Assembly: GCA_964016885.1 (NCBI GenBank)
Contig: OZ024742.1
Coordinates: forward strand, 48,918,001 to 48,982,000
Source of the DNA: Eledone cirrhosa
Lineage: Eukaryota
DNA length: 64,000 nt
Direction: 5' to 3'
Below the pieces are notes generated by a model that was not told the DNA's origin, made no database searches, and saw only the letters and a list, made by a program, of their open reading frames with translations. The position numbers and the translations under genes were made by a program. How positions within the stretch are numbered: position 1 is the stretch's first letter; every line of letters begins with the position of its first letter. Below, piece after piece: positions 56,697 to 64,000 of this stretch.

Positions 56697-57539
56697 GTGT
56701 ATGTATATACATTTATATATATGTATATATATATGTGTGTGTATGTGTGTGTGCGTGCGTATGTGTGTGTGTGTTTGGCCCTTTATACTTATAATGTCCA
56801 ATATACTCCGTTAGCTTATCTGGTATCAATTAGTGACGTTCTGCTTTTATACCAAAATGTTATTCTTTACAAGAAAATGATTTAACGGTCGAGGTGGGAT
56901 ATCCCTAAGAAAACCGATATGCTCTGATTTGGCTATAGTACATGCCTCATTAAAACACTGAAAAAGAAAGGGTAATGCGAAACAGAGAGAGAGAATAAGG
57001 AATATAGCATGACAGGGTGAGAAGGAGGGCGAGTAGAAACAGTGAAGGGACTGAGAAAGATGTTGACTGTATATAGTAATTTAAAAAGCTGGAATGTTGG
57101 GTGCGCTGGAAGACCGAAAAGGCGGAGGAATGTTGAAAAGACGGGTTACTAAAAGGAATACTACATCTTAGCGTGTGTCTATACATATACAAACCATGCA
57201 ACAACACAGCTCGCCATTTTTCATTCATGTGTGTGTGTGTGTGTGTGTGTGTATAGCAAAATGCAAGTAGTAAAAGCTTCTTTAGACCATTACTCACAAG
57301 AGTACTCGATACTTGGGAGGTAGAGTATGTTAATATGAATGAGTCGGAACCACGACGGCTGAGCTCACAGCTAGTTCCAGACGACAAGTCTGGAACTAGC
57401 AGTTAAATCGCGAAGGGCTCAACTGTCGGCGTCCTGTTTATTCCACACGCATATCTATATATTTTATATATATATATATATATATAATTAAACCATTTTT
57501 CAACTGTGAACAATTTGTCAGCATTTTCTATTCCGTTTA

Positions 57540-57602
<63 letters not shown>

Positions 57603-57829
57603 ATGTATGTATATTTATTTATTTATTCATTTATATACATACATATGAGTGTGTGAACGAATCACACTCAATACTTTTTTAGCCTTTTTTACTTGTCATG
57701 CACTTTTAATTGACCTATATAACTGCCAGTCTAACACATCCTTCATATAATAATAATAAGCTAACATGGCACATTCTTTTCCAGGTTCAAAGTACACCAC
57801 GTTAGACACTACACGTGATTCACGTCTTG

Positions 57830-58060
57830 TCACAGTTGACTGCCTCCATAATGCAGTCAGGACATAAGGACAACGTGGAGGATCGATATACAATAAAGCT
57901 TTGGATCAAGCTCGGTAAAATCCCTGCAGATATCTATGAAATGGTCGCAAAACCTACGGACTACGTTCGTAAGACGGGCGACTGTTTTCTGCTGGCATAA
58001 GATGATCCAGGAGAACAGGAAGCACGTGAGGGAGATCAAGAGTACATGCAGATGAAAAAC
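57830..58060 (+). mobile_element. Mariner transposase N-terminal HTH fragment
   Basis: EDRYTIKLWIKLGKIPADIYEMV..RRATVFCWHK resembles EQRYAIKFC.KLGK..E.YEM..VF.WHK. Confidence 0.7.
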
Positions 58061-58452
58061 TTTATGGTTTAATGGATAGTGTTTTCAGTTCCGGTGTTAA
58101 GCTTATGAATTCGATTCACGGCGGTGCGTTGCTGAAATATGTGTGTGTGCATGTATGTATATATGTATGTATATATGTATACTCTCACGTATACTGTAAA
58201 AACAAGTAAATTTGATAAACCCATAAAAATATTTACATCCTGCAGAAAAAAAAAAGATAGAGATGAGTGTGAGACAGAAGATAGAATGGGAGATAGTAAT
58301 TCATACATACAGACAGACTTATATACAAACATACACACGGGAAGATGTTTATATTATTATACATGTTACTATAGATCTATAGAGTGAAATGGAAAACAAG
58401 TAAAAAGGCCGTGTACATACATATATGCATACATACATACATATATATATAC

Positions 58453-59057
58453 ATGGTGGCTGCCAACTCGTTTTCGAGTACGGCCACTACTTTATATCCA
58501 TGTAGGAGAACCCCTACCGATGCGCTGAAAGAGTGTGACTTTTTAGTCCAGTCACCGACTTGAAAACTCTGGTACATACACTACACTTGTGACAATTATT
58601 GACACATAGTGCTGGGCCCATGGTACCATGTGACGACAAGTGCAGAGAGATCTCCAGATACAAAGCAGTGCCTGTGCCGTGAAGCTTTTATAGTGAGCAA
58701 AGGCACTGCACAAAGCCAGTCCCACTCTCTTAACCAAGATGATATTTACCAAAAAGAAGAACAAGTCAACATCATTGGATACCATCAAGGTTGCAGGTGT
58801 TATAGCAGAGTTTTCCTTCTCCTAGAATTCTGCCTTGACAAAGGCTAAGGGGTCATCTCTCCCGGTGATGTTGGATGGCCATTGACTCTTACGAGTTCCT
58901 TTGCCCTTTGACAGGTTTTGTTTTTAGTCCTGCAGGATGTCCAAAGTCACCCTCCTCCCCAAGAAACCTTGGTGGGGTTGCCAGTTTAGTCGCCAATGAC
59001 CCGACCATGAGACAGGTTGTACTGGGATACATGTTACCAGTAGCACCAACTGGTGAC
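58453..59057 (-). mobile_element. Non-autonomous LINE-derived element, ~600 bp, flanked by (CATA)n
   Basis: 5' part and 3' end shared with 1505-2047 and 40555-41207. Confidence 0.65.
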
Positions 59058-62000
59058 CATACATACATACATACATACATACATACATACATACATACAC
59101 AGACGGATAGTTTTACATTTCAAACCAGAGAAGAGAATGAAAATATTTCTTAGATTGGCATGTGTCCATACAGTTTGTGAGAAGGGTTTATAGTCGATTA
59201 ATTCGACAATAGCACATGCCTGCTAAGTATTTTATTTACTCCATTCAAGGGATGAAAGATTGAGTCAACCCTATCGGAATTTGAACAGAAATTGTAAAAA
59301 CATGTAATTAAACCCAACCGTACACATATATCCTGGTTGTATACCCTTTTCTCATTCTCCATCGCCGTAGATTCCTTACATTAATTACTTCTTTTTTAAC
59401 CGTTCAGCGCTCTACCGCACATCATCCGTTGACGCCCACCATCACTGCTTCCTTTGGCGGTTTTTGTAACATGATAGATGAGTAAACGACCATTGAAATT
59501 GAGCACGAAAGAAATTAGTGCATGTAAAGGTAATTAACGTGTGCATAAAATATTAATTACCTAAATTATTGTAGTAATTAATAATTATACTTGTTTTACA
59601 TTCGGTTTTTACTTATGTTTTCTCAGAGGAAATATTTTGCACACAACACATGATTTTGGCGTGTACTAATCATTAAATATGAGAAACGACGGTTTTACTT
59701 TCAACCCACCTCCATTGCTTTGAGATAAGGTAGCATTACTAATAGACCCTAGCAATTTCTCACAGTGCTTTGGTATAGCTGATTCAGATTGAGGGACCAT
59801 GAAGGAGAGACAGAGAGATGAAATAATCATTCTTCAATACTGGATTGTTACTTTATTTATCGACCCAGAAAGGGTTAAATGGTAATCCTGTCCCCAGTGG
59901 TTATTCACCTCAGAAACCAATGAACTGGAACAATTAATAACGCTCTATTTATTCTGGCAAGCGATTAATTTATAATGATTTCACACATTGAGACTTTTAT
60001 GAATTAGGTAATAAAGTTGATTGACTCAATCTATCTACCAGCATATTACTGGTATTTAATATTTTTTTCAATTCCTGGAAAGATAATATTTGCCGTCGAT
60101 CTTTTTTGTTTGTTTAATGTGTTTGTTATTCTGTGTTTTGTGTTTTGTGCTTCTTTCTCGTTCCTTTTCTTTTCAAAGGTGAAGGTAAAGAGAATGTTAT
60201 AGTTAAGATGTGTAAATTGAAATATCTGAACGGAAGTTAAAGGTCAGCATCTCATTTATCTGTTGCTATTTTCAGAGACTCCAGCTGATAAAAGGTGAAG
60301 AGCTCCGTGATCCCATCTTTTATCCACGAGCTCACTTTAATTCAGAAAAAAATTAGATAACGATCTAAGATATCATAGCCCACCTAGTCTGGCCTGAAGA
60401 TATTAAATTCCTCCATTGTGCACCGCTTCTATTTTCATCCCATCCCAACCCCCATATCAGACGACAAAAGATTCCTGAATAATTTTACTATTTATTTTTT
60501 TTATATGTTTTGTCCTGTATCATTCCTTAGTGACTGGTGATATGTAGTGTTTCATTTGATATTTCAGAAAATATCGAAGCTTATGTATTATTCTATATAT
60601 TCATTTTTTTTCTCAGTTAAAATTAAGCAAAAATAGGAAATAATTTCGATTTTATATTTATCAAATTTTGATGTTTGGGTAAGTTATTCAGATAGTTAGT
60701 ACGAAAGCCAACTCTATTTGGTATGTCAGATGCCGCAGAGGAAAAATCAGTTAAGATACGAAAAACCATACGTGAAATAGGAATGAATTCATCATATGCA
60801 TAGTTACTTAGCAACGCAATTTCTGTCAGATATTGGAGAGTATAACAGTTAGTATAACAAAATATATACTCAATTACCAAATAGTAGTTAACGGAAGAAT
60901 ACGATTCTCGTGTCTGAGATTGTTTCTCAAATTTGTACTTTTTTCTTCGGTAATTCCTTCCTTTATCTTTATATAAAGATTGTTGACTATTGATCTCAGT
61001 TACTCTTGATTAAACAAACACCGTTATTCTATCTTTCTTGCAATCTTCGTTTTACTGGAACCACATAAAATAATGTGTCCTTTTTATTTAAAAAGAGTAT
61101 GAAGTTCAATATTATCACACTCAGGAGATCGATATAACGATTCCTTGTTTGGGGTGGGGAGGAAAAGCGATTAAATCAACTGTACCGCACTGCAAGACTG
61201 GTACTTCATTTCATCGACCCGTAGGGTGAAAGGCAAATATAATGTTGGCAGGAATTGAAAAATATATCCTTTCTGACATTTGTATAGTTGAAAATATGAA
61301 TACTCACCGACCATCTATTTGTGGTCGTTAGTCCAGCAGTGAATGTTTAGAATTTATATATCGTATTACGGAGGAAAGAAAACAGAGAGGAGACACTATT
61401 AACTATAGGTGAATACCGCTCCAACATTAAACTAAAACAAATCAAATATTTCTACCAAAATTCAACTTCAAATCAGGCGTAGCAGAAAGCAAACTATATA
61501 AATGGTTAAACCCATGAGTGAAAACCTGCAGTTCAAAAACTATAAAATCAGGAAATCAAGAGAGTTATTGGTAGATATTAAGATTTTTCACACAAGAAAT
61601 GCCTGCTCCCTCTCTAGCTTGTCAACGAAATAACTGAACCATAAGCTGAGTAAATACAATGATAACCTTATTAAAAAGTAACCTTGACATGTACGATTAC
61701 TAATATGGTATAATTCTGTTCACTTCAACAGTGATTATACTTCTACCATAATCCTCGTAATGTTTCATGTCATCATGAAAAGTTGATAATATGTCTTCTG
61801 TCTGTGAAAAATATCTCCTTGATTTGCAGCTTTTTCTCTGCTCACTTATTCCTGTGAGTCTCATTGAGGCAGAGCCCTTAAGAACACCATCTAATGGGTT
61901 GTGTCAGAAACAATCGTCTACAAATGATGCGGCTGGATCCCCGACTCTACGTGGAGCGACTCTCTGATCTTCGAGTAACGTACTCTATCGAGTAAATTTA

Positions 62001-62531
62001 ATTCCAAGACCATTCGGAAGAACCCCATTCATGCCGTTTGTGGCGAATTCAAAAACAATATTTTGAACAAAAATAACTCAACACTGTATGCATCAAAATA
62101 TTGTCACCTCTCTGCTATTTCTAGCACTCAATATTCTCTCGATTCTTCATTAATCAAACTTAATGATAAACATCTTATACAATTTATGACAGCAGCCTGA
62201 ATATGATGAGTATGGCTGTGGTACGTGTTGATGATGGCCTGTCAATTGCCAGATTCTGCGATTCAGATCCTATCTTCGAATGTAAAAATATGTTCTTTTT
62301 TTTCGAATGATGTTTAGAAATTTCTGAAAATCAAAATATCTCCTCGTTCTGTCTGAATGGAGAAGGAGTGATTGATCATGTCTGGATATTTAATGCACCA
62401 GCACATGAAATAGGCGCACACACACACACACATACATACATCCATATATCCATACATCCATCCGTCCATCCATCCATACATACATACATACATACATACA
62501 TACATACATACATACATACATACATACATAC

Positions 62532-64000
62532 AGTAAACGTGGTCAGTCGCATATTTTGGCGTGGGAGACTATTTATTAAATTTAAGATGAATACTATCTC
62601 CGACAGTAATGCCACAACTACAGTCATGTTGAATAACTGGTTATTCTTCTAACTATATCTTCTGAAGACACCATTTATTCGAATTCGTAGAGATATCCGA
62701 CTAAATACATAATTCATTTTACAAACAGCATGGCTGAACACAACATCAACAACAAAATTAAGGAAGTATCGAAGACAAACAACAAGAAAGGTAAACAAAC
62801 TTTATTCAGTTGTAGCTACAGAAGAAACCGAAATTATAAATCGCATTTCTCTTGGAGTTGCGAAGTTAATAGTGATTTATTTACTTGTTATAAAATGGCA
62901 AAAAGCAATCTCTCCATTGGCTATATGAACAGAATGAAGCTACACTGGGACGAAATGCACCCCGATCTAAATTATTTCACAGCGAAACAATTACGCCAAC
63001 CAGCGACGTTTGTTGAACGTAAAAATAAGATAAATAATATTAATTGTAAGTCCCCCACAGCAAACATGTTATCAACAACACGTGCTACAGGTCGCCATGC
63101 TACTAGACTTCCTAGCAGCCAGGTCGAACAGCGCCTTGAAACAACTATGCCTGTAAGAAACTAGACACCACGTGTACCATCTAAGTCTACCTCGAATGTT
63201 GGGGAAAACACTATCGATAATAACAATAATCGAAGAAATAATAATAATAATCGAAGAAATTTGACACCACGTGTACCACCCGAGTCTATCTTGACTGTTG
63301 TGGAAAATACTATCGATAATGATAATAATCAAAAGTATAAACAATTGAAAATTTCCCTCAACGAAATTTTCCAGAGAGAAATTAACTCATGTATAAATAT
63401 TCCTCTTGCTGGACGTATTAAAACGACAATGTTTAATATAAAAAAAAACAAATAATGAAATATTACGTGTTATTGACGAAATAGGGGATGAATATTTACG
63501 ACGGATAAAAAGCCCAACATTTTGTTTTGGCAAATCAACGCCTGTTTATATGCCTTAGCAACGACAGTGAAATATTATCTTGGAGATAGCAGAGATATTA
63601 ACAAAAACAAAACACCACCAAAAATACCATCTTATATAACTAAAATAGAAAAAAAGATTGCTGACATACGAAAAACCATAGGATATCTGGCAATGCTCCT
63701 TACATGCAAACAAACACAAAAAAACCTCACTCCTCTCCAACAAAGAGTGAACAATGAAATAGAGAAGATGTTTGGTAACAGTAGAACCAGAACTCTTCAA
63801 TATAAGCTGATCAACCTCAAACAAGAATTGAGAGCTGTTAGCGAAAAACGCCGATATCTGAAGAAGGTGGATAAGAGAAAAGTGTTTAATAAAAGACGAA
63901 ACCAAACATCAGTCTATAGAGACATGAAGGGCGAAATAATAATTGTCACTGAGGCCCCATCCCAGAAAGACATAGATTCCTTTTGGAGCAAAATATGGGG
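62532..64000 (+). mobile_element. R4/Dong-type LINE 5' region (decayed ORF, runs off the window)
   Basis: WSCEVN..CYKMAK..GYMNRMKLHWDEMHP..TAKQLRQ; later INACLYALA and IDSFWSKIW. Confidence 0.75.

Noticed and set aside
62050-62260. VRVDDGL resembling copia RT YVDD
   Set aside because: Single short motif; flanking motifs are not convincingly recoverable

Overview
AT-rich, microsatellite-saturated eukaryotic DNA with no intact host gene. The SINE and repeat content resembles octopus (coleoid cephalopod); this is an inference. Nearly all ORF-track entries are (TA)n/(CA)n/(GA)n artefacts. The window is dominated by decayed retroelements: three Penelope-like element (PLE) families with RT and GIY-YIG motifs (5.2-9.6 kb and 16.3-19.3 kb; 29.9-35.3 kb; 46.7-47.4 kb), RTE/R4/other LINE fragments, tRNA-derived SINEs and mariner remnants. 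The main hidden signal, found by folding the sequence by eye, is about 20 type I hammerhead ribozyme (HHR) motifs from roughly 10 unrelated sequence families. Some lie in pseudo-LTRs (pLTRs) of coding PLEs; many lie on short non-coding modules next to (TA)n tracts, often as fold-back pairs. Several have unusual cores (CAGAAGA), a U-U pair at the base of stem II, palindromic stem III or very long stem II. A frameshifted eIF4A 3' fragment is joined through an A-run to a 5'-truncated PLE. All folds and family assignments are manual and unverified; coordinates of decayed elements are approximate.
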